From NCBI GenBank assembly GCA_032691205.1, contig GCA_032691205.1_4541.1: DNA of 64,000 bases; one strand, 5' to 3'. Shown here piece after piece: positions 7,503-16,651 of the stretch; the stretch's first letter is position 1, and every line of letters starts with the position of its first letter. Source of the DNA: a phage. Below the pieces are notes generated by a model that was not told the DNA's origin, searched no databases, and worked only from the letters and a program-made list of their open reading frames with translations. A program made the translations under genes and the position numbers.

Positions 7503-7560
7503 AAACTTTAAATTTTGCTTTTGTACTTTCATTTTTGTAAAAGCAAAAAAACTTTAAATA
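7503..7560. repeat. direct repeat copy A (~58 bp)
   Basis: AAACTTTAAATTTTGCTTTTGTACTTTCATTTTTGTAAA...AAACTTTAAATA; second copy at 7640-7697. Confidence 0.6.
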
Positions 7561-7639
7561 CTGTGGGCGCGCAAAATTTTTAAAATTTTCCTTGACTTTT
7601 GAGTTTTGTTTTGTATCTAACATTTTAAGATAATTTTCC

Positions 7640-7697
7640 TAAACTTTAAATTTTGGTTTTCAACTTTCACTTTTGTAAATTCTTAAAAAGTTTAAAT
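7640..7697. repeat. direct repeat copy B (~58 bp)
   Basis: AAACTTTAAATTTTGGTTTTCAACTTTCACTTTTGTAAA...AAAGTTTAAATA; imperfect copy of 7503-7560. Confidence 0.6.
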
Positions 7698-7840
7698 AAT
7701 TTGAGGGATTTTTGAGATAATGGATAGTGGGAATTTGATATAACCTTTAATCTTATTAGTAGACCTTCAGGAACCCACCTAGATCGAATCCTAGTGATGC
7801 AAACTGAAAAAGATAAGTGTTTGTATAGGACAAAATAACA

Positions 7841-7874
7841 GGCTCTCTACGGTGCTGTAGGAGCCTTATTTCTG
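7841..7874. terminator. bidirectional rho-independent terminator
   Basis: Hairpin GGCTC(T)CTAC-GGTGCT-GTAGGAGCC flanked by T-runs on both strands; just downstream of the NADAR gene stop. Confidence 0.5.
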
Positions 7875-7921
7875 TGCTACAAAGTGACACCTTTGTTCTA
7901 AAAATGAAAAAAGTTAAAATA

Positions 7922-8464
7922 TCACAAATATCGTCTTTGCGGTATTTTGTCTGGGAAAAGTATTTCGATCAGTTTATTATGATATTTGCCTAAAAGATTC
8001 TGCCCTTTCCAGGTGGCAGGGTTTAGCACCCCTGGTTCATACATCCCCATTCCAATTCCGTAAACCTTATCGTAGGGGCTTGCTTCAACAAACGTTTTGT
8101 ATTGGTAAAGGTGTAAGTCTGCATACAAATCTGGATTCTGTACATATTTCAAGCATAAACCTCGCATAACAATACGCTCACGGTTCTCTTCCCATACATT
8201 GTTATCAAAATCCGACACTGCCCTACCCATACGTTTGTAATAAGCTTGGATCTTCTCATCTTTCCGTATCAAACTATGAGTCAGAATAGCCTGTGCAGTG
8301 TTGTGGTCATTAAAAAGCAAAGCTTTACGCCACATCATATATTGTTCGACACAATTAAATGTCTGATTGTAACCTGGTTCGGTTTCTGTAAAGGGTGCAA
8401 TATACCAATTACTAAAAACATCTTTATGTGAAAAGAAGAATACATAATCATCAGTTATTCGCAT
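7922..8464 (-). CDS. NADAR-domain protein (YbiA/DUF1768-like)
   Basis: 180 aa; motifs FFFSHKDVFSNWY, EQYMMWRKALLF, FDNNVWEENRERIVMRGLCLKYVQNPDL, GIGMGMYEPG read as NADAR family. Confidence 0.65.
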   Translation of the reverse strand: MRITDDYVFFFSHKDVFSNWYIAPFTETEPGYNQTFNCVEQYMMWRKALLFNDHNTAQAILTHSLIRKDEKIQAYYKRMGRAVSDFDNNVWEENRERIVMRGLCLKYVQNPDLYADLHLYQYKTFVEASPYDKVYGIGMGMYEPGVLNPATWKGQNLLGKYHNKLIEILFPDKIPQRRYL

Positions 8465-8675
8465 TTTTCATGCCTTCTAAAACTTTAGCTTGCCCGTCTT
8501 GAAAAGCTTTCATCAGAACTATCTTAAGATTGATTTCCAAACGTTCTTCATCCTCTCTATAACAATCCAACACTGCTTTAAGTTCATCATAGTGGTTCAG
8601 AATAGGTTTAAAGATTTCATGGTCTGCTAAACGTGCCATAGTTTCTCCTTTGTTAATCCATCCACCAGTAGCCAT
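8451..8675 (-). CDS. hypothetical protein
   Basis: ORF 74 aa, overlaps neighbours in operon fashion. Confidence 0.5.
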   Translation of the reverse strand: MATGGWINKGETMARLADHEIFKPILNHYDELKAVLDCYREDEERLEINLKIVLMKAFQDGQAKVLEGMKNANN

Positions 8676-9018
8676 AAACTGCGTCTGCGTCGATGAGTTT
8701 GTGTTTGTTGTTCCGCATGTAGTCTAAGATAAGTAGACGTTTATTGTATCTGGAGAGATTATGACCCTCTTTTCCGCCATAGTCAAAATATTTTGCAAGA
8801 TCTTTACACTCAAACAAAATCAGTTCGGGAGTTTCTTCACACTGGTCTGTCTGGTACACTTGACGAATGATCATGTATACATCGTCGTCTTCCGCTAAAT
8901 GCTCTACTGGTCCACATCCAGCAGGAACAAATTCATAGTCCCATCTGATCAGATGTTTCTCTACTGCTTCAAAGAAGTCCATTCTTTCGTTGCGCATAAT
9001 TTGAACGTCAACTAACAT
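8653..9018 (-). CDS. hypothetical protein
   Basis: ORF 121 aa. Confidence 0.55.
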   Translation of the reverse strand: MLVDVQIMRNERMDFFEAVEKHLIRWDYEFVPAGCGPVEHLAEDDDVYMIIRQVYQTDQCEETPELILFECKDLAKYFDYGGKEGHNLSRYNKRLLILDYMRNNKHKLIDADAVYGYWWMD

Positions 9019-10472
9019 GTTTCCTCCTCTCTCATTATTCCACCTGCTTGGTTGATAGCACTTAAGACGATAGCCAAATCCTCGCGCAGGAAGGTTTCAC
9101 TATGACCATCTTTCATGTGCAAGCGTTCTACACAGCCAATAGACGGTAGAATCTGATCAGTCTTAGACTTTAGCTTACTCTCTAACGCCCTGCAAGCTTG
9201 GTAGGACGGCAGATCGAACAATGCTATACGGCGCATAGAGTAATTGTTGTTTGCATTCTGCCCTTTGATCCTGATATCACTGTCCTTTGCAATCCCCAAC
9301 TTGTAAGCTCCCGTGTCTTCTCCGTACTCATCAAGAATAATATTGATGTAAAATTCTTGCATATTTCTGTTCTTACAGCCTGGACAACCTTTCCCATTGA
9401 GATAATCGGTAGGTGTGATCGTTTGCTCTCCATGCTCCCTACATAGATATTTAAACTTGCTGTTATTGCTTACCTTATCAATGAATCCTATAAATTGATC
9501 CCCTCGTTCCTGGCAAGCTTTGGTCATACGGTAGGCCCATTGTTCAGGAGTGTAATGATAATATTTAGAACAACGGCAAGGAAGGCCACCCCTTTTCAAA
9601 TGACTCATCTTCATCTCAAATTTATTATCGCATAAGCCTTCTTTACAATAATCATCCTCTGCACATATAGGACATTCTACAGTCCAGTAAACCTGACGAC
9701 CTAATCTATCTACTCTATCGCTACGATAATATTTACGCTCTACATTATCAGGACAAGCTTTTATAAAATCTTCAACATGTTGTTTATCCTCCATTGTATT
9801 CCTTTGTTTCGTCATTTCTCTTTGACAACTGTAGCATCCAGTCCCTTGTTTAGCACTGTTTACAGTGGTAGTGCACCATTGACCATGAACCTTACACTCA
9901 CAAATCAACTTAGTGCGGGAACCGTTCCACGGTTCCACATAGCCTCTAACAATCCAGGGTTTTTCTTTATAAGCTTCTTCTACTTCTTCTTTATGTTTCT
10001 CCCATGCAATCGATGTTCTTTCTCTGTTTGCTTCTCCCATACACTTCCTGCATCCACTCCCGTTTTTCGCAGAAGATATAGAAGTAGACCTCCACTCCCC
10101 ATGTAAAGCACAACAACAAACCAGTTTAGTATTCCATCCTTTCCATTCTCCGTGCCATCCTGTAACAGTCCAAAACTTACCTGCCTGATTGTAAGTGGTT
10201 TGCACTTCTTCTTTATATTGCTCCCAGGTTTTTGATTTGTTTATAGATACTGCTTTACTTATAATCTCCCTACCGCATTCTGGACAACCCCTCCCTAGTT
10301 TAGCGGTATTTATGCTTGTTGTTTTCCATTCTCCATGCAGAGCACAGATGCATCTAAGTTTAGTTTTATTGCCGTTCCACGGCTCAATATAATCTACAAC
10401 AGTCCAAGACTTACCTTGATAAGCTTGTTTTATATCTGTTTTATATTGTTCCCAAGTGACTATTTTTGGCAC
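9012..10472 (-). CDS. Cys-rich tandem-repeat protein with T5orf172-like (GIY-YIG-related) C-terminal domain
   Basis: 486 aa; four or five ~45-aa modules each with W..GxxTKL.C.C..HGEW...S/T..AK.G.GC..C; C-terminus EFYINIILDEYGE...YKLGIAKDSDIRIKGQ...MRRIALFDLP...HSETF. Confidence 0.6.
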   Translation of the reverse strand: MPKIVTWEQYKTDIKQAYQGKSWTVVDYIEPWNGNKTKLRCICALHGEWKTTSINTAKLGRGCPECGREIISKAVSINKSKTWEQYKEEVQTTYNQAGKFWTVTGWHGEWKGWNTKLVCCCALHGEWRSTSISSAKNGSGCRKCMGEANRERTSIAWEKHKEEVEEAYKEKPWIVRGYVEPWNGSRTKLICECKVHGQWCTTTVNSAKQGTGCYSCQREMTKQRNTMEDKQHVEDFIKACPDNVERKYYRSDRVDRLGRQVYWTVECPICAEDDYCKEGLCDNKFEMKMSHLKRGGLPCRCSKYYHYTPEQWAYRMTKACQERGDQFIGFIDKVSNNSKFKYLCREHGEQTITPTDYLNGKGCPGCKNRNMQEFYINIILDEYGEDTGAYKLGIAKDSDIRIKGQNANNNYSMRRIALFDLPSYQACRALESKLKSKTDQILPSIGCVERLHMKDGHSETFLREDLAIVLSAINQAGGIMREEETC

Positions 10473-10529
10473 ACCTCCCCCTTTAGCTATTAGTGCGAGC
10501 CTACAACAAAAGAATAACTAAAATCCCTC

Positions 10530-10560
10530 CATAACAAATGCCCCTTGCGGGGCATCTTTA
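10530..10560 (-). terminator. rho-independent terminator after the ATPase gene
   Basis: Hairpin ATGCCCC-TTGC-GGGGCAT with flanking T-rich runs. Confidence 0.45.
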
Positions 10561-11700
10561 TTAGAACACGCTACCAAGTGTAGTGGAACGTTGTGTTACA
10601 GGCTCCAGCACCACTCGCAGAGTGTTTCCTGGTGTAGTGCTCATCACCAGAATCTTACCACCTTCAATCAGATCACAAGTTAGACCATCAGCAGTTGCAC
10701 ATAGATCAATATGTGGATCGCCATCTTCGTCTAGGATAACATAACTGTTGGTTTCCATTGCTTCCACTTCATCATCTTTCAAGCTTTGCAGATAGATGTT
10801 CAGGGAACAAGCACCCGACAAAAACTTAGTAGGGGTGAAGTCGTGCCAGTTATTGATCCAATTCACCTTCAAGGTTTTGCCATTAGCTACGATAGAAGCC
10901 ACATTCCATTTAGCATCGTTGCCTAAAGAAATACCCATCATTTCAAGACATTCTTTAAAAGTCATTTTTGGATAGAAATTCAATTCTTCTACAATGCCTT
11001 GAATAACATCGAAAGACAACTCTGTGCTAACATCCCATAAACGTTGGAAGTTATCTACGTGCTTTTTATTTACCAAGTTCTTATCCAAGTAATCTAACAT
11101 GGTTTCACTAGACAGTTTATCGTAATTGAAACTGTAATAGATACGACTAGGACGGTTTACAAAATATTCCGAGATATAGCCACTATTTTTAGTGAGGATG
11201 TAAAGTTTATTCCCACTTCCTGTTCCATCCAACAAGGTCAACAGTGCTTCCTGATCTTCTTTTTTAGCGTACACTTTATCAAATTCGTCAAATAAAACAA
11301 CAGCACGATCTGTAATTTTACTCATAAATTCTAAGAATCCAGCATCTGTGTAAGGTTGTGTAACCAAAATGGTTGGAATACCTAAACCTTCTGTGGACAT
11401 TAAAGACATGCTAATCAGTTTAGCTAACATCGTCTTACCACTGCCCTTTGTCCCTGTCAGTAACACCCCAGTATTTTTACCTTCTTTACTACGACGAGCA
11501 AATGTTTTAATAACATGTGCGGCGCGGTCTTTAGTTTCCCCATAAAGAGTGTTCGGAAGAGAGAAACTTTCGCCACGCACTAAAGAGTAGTTACCGTGCG
11601 GATCGCAGTTGACAACCCAAACTCCAGCAGGAAGTTTATTAGCTTCAACGCCATATTCCTTATTTACAACAGCCACATCTCCAAAAATAGTGTATTTCAT
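10561..11700 (-). CDS. P-loop NTPase (AAA-type ATPase)
   Basis: 379 aa; Walker A GTKGSGKT, Walker B VVLFDEFDKV. Confidence 0.75.
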   Translation of the reverse strand: MKYTIFGDVAVVNKEYGVEANKLPAGVWVVNCDPHGNYSLVRGESFSLPNTLYGETKDRAAHVIKTFARRSKEGKNTGVLLTGTKGSGKTMLAKLISMSLMSTEGLGIPTILVTQPYTDAGFLEFMSKITDRAVVLFDEFDKVYAKKEDQEALLTLLDGTGSGNKLYILTKNSGYISEYFVNRPSRIYYSFNYDKLSSETMLDYLDKNLVNKKHVDNFQRLWDVSTELSFDVIQGIVEELNFYPKMTFKECLEMMGISLGNDAKWNVASIVANGKTLKVNWINNWHDFTPTKFLSGACSLNIYLQSLKDDEVEAMETNSYVILDEDGDPHIDLCATADGLTCDLIEGGKILVMSTTPGNTLRVVLEPVTQRSTTLGSVF

Positions 11701-12056
11701 TAGAACGTTTCTCCTTTTAAAATAATTACTGTAAACTTTGCAGTTTTTTCACTCTTAATATTCTTGATTAATAAGTATTCTCCTCCAGGGGCATCTTTAT
11801 ATTGTTTAATAGCTACTATTTCATTTTTGCAAGTGGCTATAATCGAATAAAAAGGACGTTCCGTGTTATCTTCTTTTCCTGTATATGCCTCAACATCTTT
11901 ACACTCTTCTAGAACACCATTTCCAGGTGTATAGTAAAATTTGTTGCCTGTGATCACAACATCTTTACCAATATCCGTTTTAACTGCTACAAATTTTTGA
12001 GCGTAAGTGGTGAAGCTTACGGTAGCCAGCAATGTGGCTAAGATTAATTTTTTCAT
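11700..12056 (-). CDS. secreted hypothetical protein
   Basis: Start set at MKKLILATLLATVSFTTYA (signal peptide) with RBS GGAGGG. Confidence 0.6.
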   Translation of the reverse strand: MKKLILATLLATVSFTTYAQKFVAVKTDIGKDVVITGNKFYYTPGNGVLEECKDVEAYTGKEDNTERPFYSIIATCKNEIVAIKQYKDAPGGEYLLIKNIKSEKTAKFTVIILKGETF

Positions 12057-12067
12057 AAACTTCCCTC

Positions 12068-12232
12068 CTATTCCCACAACATACAAATCGCAGCGACAAA
12101 CATATTAGCAATAGCCGCACCAAGAACTATAAACATCGCCAGTTCTGAACAATATTCACCAACCAGAGGGGATACTATTGCACAAAGTAGTCCCAATGTC
12201 AAACACAAATTGATGATGAAGTTTAAAATCAT
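12068..12232 (-). CDS. hypothetical small membrane protein (54 aa)
   Basis: Hand-translated MILNFIINLCLTLGLLCAIVSPLVGEY...; RBS AGGAGA. Confidence 0.35.
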   Translation of the reverse strand: MILNFIINLCLTLGLLCAIVSPLVGEYCSELAMFIVLGAAIANMFVAAICMLWE

Positions 12233-12241
12233 ATTCTCTCC

Positions 12242-12433
12242 TTACAACCAACCCTTTGCCCGGTAGCCTTTAGAAAATCCATCTTCCCATTCTTCGAATT
12301 CCTTTTTGTGTGTCTTTGGACAATATGGATTTACTTTATTAAACATACCAAACTTGAACCCTGCGGTATACCCTTTCTTAAAAGCTATTGATTCTAAAGA
12401 GATCATATTCTTTCTCCTCTTAGAACTCGACAA
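12242..12433 (-). CDS. hypothetical protein
   Basis: ORF 63 aa. Confidence 0.5.
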   Translation of the reverse strand: MSSSKRRKNMISLESIAFKKGYTAGFKFGMFNKVNPYCPKTHKKEFEEWEDGFSKGYRAKGWL

Positions 12434-12671
12434 TGATTTTGTCTAAGTGTTCTGCTTCAACTTGGGATAATGTTAACACCTGCACCAAACCTCTGTCAAT
12501 GCCTAATTTGATCACTTGCAAATAATCACCGAAAAGATCAGAGATTTCAATCTGGTGTTCAGTAACCACCACGACCTCGTTACCCTTGGTATACTCTCTC
12601 CAGATTCGTCCACACTTGTAAATGAAATCTTTCTGGTCTTCACTGATCATCTTAGGCTTAACGCTTAACAT
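12420..12671 (-). CDS. hypothetical protein
   Basis: ORF 83 aa. Confidence 0.55.
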   Translation of the reverse strand: MLSVKPKMISEDQKDFIYKCGRIWREYTKGNEVVVVTEHQIEISDLFGDYLQVIKLGIDRGLVQVLTLSQVEAEHLDKIIVEF

Positions 12672-13027
12672 TACATACTCCCGTATTCTGGTTCAATATT
12701 ATGTTTACGACAAATGGTATCCCAACGTTCATTACCAAAACTTCTTCCATGTAGAGCGTTAAATGCGAAATGCTCTGCCAACCACAATACTACATCATCA
12801 GGATCTGTGTCAAGAGGAATTCTAAACTCTCGATCATAACGCATACGCAGAATAAAATCCTTATCATCTTCAAGGAGATACATGTGACTTTTAGCCCGTG
12901 ATGCCAAATCAAAGAAAGGAGGCTCATCTTTCCAAACGTGACGCTCAACTTCAACACCATGATCAACTACCAGAGTAGCAATCACCTCTCTCATTTCTTT
13001 ACTAAACATATTACCTCCATTAACCAA
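12671..13027 (-). CDS. hypothetical protein
   Basis: ORF 118 aa. Confidence 0.6.
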   Translation of the reverse strand: MVNGGNMFSKEMREVIATLVVDHGVEVERHVWKDEPPFFDLASRAKSHMYLLEDDKDFILRMRYDREFRIPLDTDPDDVVLWLAEHFAFNALHGRSFGNERWDTICRKHNIEPEYGSM

Positions 13028-13208
13028 TTAGTTCAACCGATTTGCAAATGTAAATCCAAACTGGAGTGAGCATAAGAGCTATACCGAATACACAATTCCA
13101 CTTAATTCCCATTTCCTCTATTAGAGACATGATTAAGCCAACAGCACTAATAATCAGATAGATCCCTAAGAAAGCCATTGTGAAGAATTCAGACATATTT
13201 AGCTCCAA
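13020..13208 (-). CDS. hypothetical small membrane protein
   Basis: ORF 62 aa, two hydrophobic segments. Confidence 0.5.
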   Translation of the reverse strand: MELNMSEFFTMAFLGIYLIISAVGLIMSLIEEMGIKWNCVFGIALMLTPVWIYICKSVELIG

Positions 13209-13555
13209 AGATTATCAAAATAACTAGCGAATAAAAGACGGCCCTCTAATCGTGCCTTCCTTTGATCTTCAGCATACACGATTTCTGGATTACCACTATC
13301 AATAAAAGCATTCTCCATCTTTTCTAAAATATTTAACCACTCTCTTCTACCTGTCTCCTCTTCTTCATCTGTATACGGCGCACTTCTATTTGGATACAAA
13401 ACACGCATCAGTTTAGTGGGGATCATGACAAACGTGCTATTGTTTGCCTTCTCACGGAAGGCTTTAATTCCTGCATAGATTACCTTCCCCAAAGCTGCAT
13501 CCAAATCCATCAGGTCACTTTCTTCTATTTGAATTTCATCGTGTACAATTTTCAT
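13199..13555 (-). CDS. hypothetical protein
   Basis: ORF 118 aa. Confidence 0.6.
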   Translation of the reverse strand: MKIVHDEIQIEESDLMDLDAALGKVIYAGIKAFREKANNSTFVMIPTKLMRVLYPNRSAPYTDEEEETGRREWLNILEKMENAFIDSGNPEIVYAEDQRKARLEGRLLFASYFDNLWS

Positions 13556-13839
13556 CGTGCCTTCTCCCGATCTGCATCTAATTTCAACAAGAAAGCTGTA
13601 TACTCTTCCGAACCTTGGTGTAAAAACATGCGATAAGAGCTTACCAGTTTCTTCGTTGTCGTATAACGTTCCATTTCCCCAACAACACCTCCACCTAGTG
13701 TGTAGAGCACAATACCTTCAACTCCAACATAGGTTACTACTTCAACCAAATCTGTGTTATCCCAATAGTAGTTAGGTGACACAATAAGATCGCCCACTGC
13801 CAGTTTAATGTTTGCTACTTCATCTTGTGAATAATACAT
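13552..13839 (-). CDS. hypothetical protein
   Basis: Track ORF trimmed to ATG at 13839 with strong RBS AGAGGAGAA. Confidence 0.55.
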   Translation of the reverse strand: MYYSQDEVANIKLAVGDLIVSPNYYWDNTDLVEVVTYVGVEGIVLYTLGGGVVGEMERYTTTKKLVSSYRMFLHQGSEEYTAFLLKLDADREKAR

Positions 13840-13876
13840 TTGGTTCTCCTCTCTTAATTGATGGAAATAGTATACC

Positions 13877-14368
13877 TTACCACATAATCTCGCGCAACTC
13901 TTTTTCTTCTTTAAAATTACGCAAGTTTTCCAGTGCACGGTTTAGGTCTTCTTCCGTCTCTGCTTTCTGGACTTTTTCCATCATTTTTGCAACAATATTT
14001 TTCTTAACTTGCAAATCTGGAACAGGCATACGTTTTTCCATTTCATAAACTTCTCGTTTATGGCGTTCCTCCATCTCTGCTTTTTCTTTTACCCAATCCG
14101 CCTCGTCCATTGCACCTTTGCAGACACAAGTGTAACCTTTAATAGTATAATCACCATGTTCAATACCAGGTTGAAGAGCTAAGGCTTCATTACCACAATA
14201 CGCGCACAACGGACGACCTGGCATTTTCAAAGTTTTGGTAGCCTTAGCGCCACATTGACTATCCCAGCTTGTTTTATAACTGGAACCGTTGTCTCCGTGA
14301 GAACGACCAACCAAGAAGTTACGGAAGAAACCCATAGCACGTTCGTCAATGTAATCAGGGTAAGCCAT
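13877..14368 (-). CDS. hypothetical Cys-containing protein
   Basis: ORF 163 aa; CAYCGN...CVCKG. Confidence 0.6.
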   Translation of the reverse strand: MAYPDYIDERAMGFFRNFLVGRSHGDNGSSYKTSWDSQCGAKATKTLKMPGRPLCAYCGNEALALQPGIEHGDYTIKGYTCVCKGAMDEADWVKEKAEMEERHKREVYEMEKRMPVPDLQVKKNIVAKMMEKVQKAETEEDLNRALENLRNFKEEKELREIMW

Positions 14369-14380
14369 TATATTCTCCTT

Positions 14381-14674
14381 TCACATTAAGACACGTTTTG
14401 TGTCGATGGGTGCATTATCAAACATGTTAAGAACATTGTCAAGCAGTTTTACTAATTCGTTTGTAATTTGTTCCTTTGAACGGGAGGAAGTGAGCACTTT
14501 GCTTTCACCAACAATATGCATAACTTTTATAGGAGCGTCTAAAATGATGTTGTGCTGACGATCCTCTTCAAAAGAAGCCAACCATTTCTCATTGTTACCG
14601 TGCAAGGCTACAATCACACCAAAACCGTTAATTGTTTCAGAAATATTCTTAGTTGCTAAAGTAATGTTCATCAT
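14381..14674 (-). CDS. hypothetical protein (first gene of the leftward operon)
   Basis: ORF 97 aa; divergent from the plus promoter at 14731. Confidence 0.6.
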   Translation of the reverse strand: MMNITLATKNISETINGFGVIVALHGNNEKWLASFEEDRQHNIILDAPIKVMHIVGESKVLTSSRSKEQITNELVKLLDNVLNMFDNAPIDTKRVLM

Positions 14675-14730
14675 CTACCTCTCTTGTTAATGTTCATACA
14701 TGATACCTGAAAATAATTTCAGATCAAGTA

Positions 14731-14758
14731 TTGACATACTTTTTAATCTTGTTAAGAT
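14731..14758 (+). promoter_or_regulatory. sigma70-like promoter for the rightward block
   Basis: TTGACA (14731-14736), 16 nt, TAAGAT (14753-14758). Confidence 0.6.
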
Positions 14759-14788
14759 CAACTCCTACCAAACAAAAGGAGAAAACAA

Positions 14789-15232
14789 ATGCAAAACATC
14801 CAAAACATCAAACTGACTTGGCCCGAAGCTAAAGAAGCAATGAAGGAAGGTAGACGTGTTGAGCACCGCCATTTTTGTGGTGGCGAATGGTTTGAGATGC
14901 GAGATGGTGTTATTCTCGACGAACAAGGTTATAACATGGAAACTTGGTTCAGAGGGGAAGCTTGGCAGGAAGAGGGTTGGTCTGTAATTGAAAAAGAGGA
15001 CAGTAAGGAAGAAGGCGTGTTGTCTAATGTAGAACGCGAGGTGAGGGAAACAAAGACACCTGTTTTGGATTTTGTATACCTGGAAGAACTTGTGGCAGCA
15101 TCTTTTGTAGCAGGAAACCTTTGGAATACACCTGTTAGCCGACTGGAGAACCAAAATAACCCGTCTGCTCGTAATCACAAGCTTTATAAGGGTAAAGGTC
15201 ACAACAAATTAAAGAAAGGAAAGAAGAAATGA
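14789..15232 (+). CDS. hypothetical protein
   Basis: ORF 147 aa, RBS AAAGGAGAA. Confidence 0.65.
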   Translation: MQNIQNIKLTWPEAKEAMKEGRRVEHRHFCGGEWFEMRDGVILDEQGYNMETWFRGEAWQEEGWSVIEKEDSKEEGVLSNVEREVRETKTPVLDFVYLEELVAASFVAGNLWNTPVSRLENQNNPSARNHKLYKGKGHNKLKKGKKK

Positions 15233-15375
15233 TCTACAAAAACAAGTTCACTGGTTGTCTCCGTAAATTTATCGATAAGAAAGGGTTTGTTTCTCTTGAC
15301 AACGGGGTTACATGGACAGAGAATGGCACTTCAGAACAGTTAATCAAAGCTTTGCCTTACTACGAGGAGGTTTAA
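15229..15375 (+). CDS. hypothetical protein (48 aa)
   Basis: ATGA overlap with the upstream stop; MIYKNKFTGCLRKFIDKKGF... Confidence 0.4.
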   Translation: MIYKNKFTGCLRKFIDKKGFVSLDNGVTWTENGTSEQLIKALPYYEEV

Positions 15376-15699
15376 ATGTCAAACAGTCTGTTTAGCGTGT
15401 CAATTGCACCACGTGTCAATATCCGTTGTCAGTTTGTTACTTTACCTGGTGTAACGCATATCACATTAGAATACGATCCTCGCTCACGAGACAACCCAAT
15501 CACAGGGAAAATTGATTGTGCTTATGGTGATTTTGTTATGGATCACCAAACCATCTTATGCTGTGTGCAACGCTTACAGGCAGGATCTTTATACATCTTT
15601 AAGAAAACTGTGTTCCAAGAGATTGCTCAAGCAGTTGAAAGTGGTATGGAGACTCTTAACGCTATGATTGAAGCAGCCAACAAGAAGGAGGTTTTATGA
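15376..15699 (+). CDS. hypothetical protein
   Basis: ORF 107 aa, RBS GAGGAGG. Confidence 0.65.
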   Translation: MSNSLFSVSIAPRVNIRCQFVTLPGVTHITLEYDPRSRDNPITGKIDCAYGDFVMDHQTILCCVQRLQAGSLYIFKKTVFQEIAQAVESGMETLNAMIEAANKKEVL

Positions 15700-15956
15700 C
15701 ACTTTATCACGTAACTACAGAAGGCGACTGTGAAGGCCGCACTACAAAAGATTTGGGGTATGTTGAAGCAGATTCACCTGAACATGCTATCAAATACCTG
15801 CATTCCATCGGGAAGTATGCGGGTTATGAGTATACTATCTACGAGGTTGAAATTATTAACCTTATACAAGTGGCAACTCCTATGGCAGAGTTGAAACATC
15901 TTAAGGCAAAAGTAAGACCTGGTATAGTGTCCGATTACAAAGGGGAAGTAAAGTGA
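15696..15956 (+). CDS. hypothetical protein
   Basis: ORF 86 aa, overlapping stop/start. Confidence 0.6.
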   Translation: MTLYHVTTEGDCEGRTTKDLGYVEADSPEHAIKYLHSIGKYAGYEYTIYEVEIINLIQVATPMAELKHLKAKVRPGIVSDYKGEVK

Positions 15957-16165
15957 GTGGATGGATTAAAGTATCTGGTACTGAGGATGTTCCTATCGGA
16001 GAGTGGCTTGTAATCATGGCAAACGGCAAGAAGGGATTCTGTGAAGTTAACAAAACACGCAATGGCACGATAGCTGTTATCAATGGTCATTTTTATTTTG
16101 ACTTGGCACCTGTGATCGCATACCATGAACTACCAACATATGAAGAGGAGATTAACAATGGCTAA
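15953..16165 (+). CDS. hypothetical protein
   Basis: ORF 70 aa. Confidence 0.55.
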   Translation: MSGWIKVSGTEDVPIGEWLVIMANGKKGFCEVNKTRNGTIAVINGHFYFDLAPVIAYHELPTYEEEINNG

Positions 16166-16475
16166 CAAAGAACCACATGTATATACTGCACTGGTAAAAC
16201 ATTTGAACAAAGAACGTAACAGGATCATTGCAGATTATCGTAAATTTAAACGTAGTAGTCTAAATCGTAAATACATGCCACATGCAGCTTTTGACGCTAC
16301 ACGTGCAGTGTTTCGTGCAAAGATTGCGGAAATGGATAATCTGCTTAAGCTTGCACGATTATCTATTCAGGCATCCAAAGTAACAGGGGTCACTCACTTC
16401 TTTGACTTCGATACTAAAGCACTATATGCACCAGAAGCAGGTGAACAATTGATTTATCTACTTACCAAAAAATAA
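16158..16475 (+). CDS. hypothetical protein
   Basis: Start set at MANKEPHVY with RBS GAGGAG. Confidence 0.55.
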   Translation: MANKEPHVYTALVKHLNKERNRIIADYRKFKRSSLNRKYMPHAAFDATRAVFRAKIAEMDNLLKLARLSIQASKVTGVTHFFDFDTKALYAPEAGEQLIYLLTKK

Positions 16476-16651
16476 GTGTTGACTTTTTTCAAAAAATATG
16501 CTACCCTAACCCCGAAGGGTCGAGCGATAGCGAGTATAGATTATGTAATAGATTAATCTCTATCGTTAGATGTTCGAAGAACAGAGATTTAAGTACTTGT
16601 TCTTATCGGTAGATGATCGTAAGATCAAGAACAATAATAGGAGAGTGTGTT

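Noticed and set aside
7069-7623. ORFs 7069..7347, 7139..7351, 7284..7511, 7429..7623
   Set aside because: They lie in the repeat- and palindrome-rich control region, overlap one another, have low-complexity translations and no RBS
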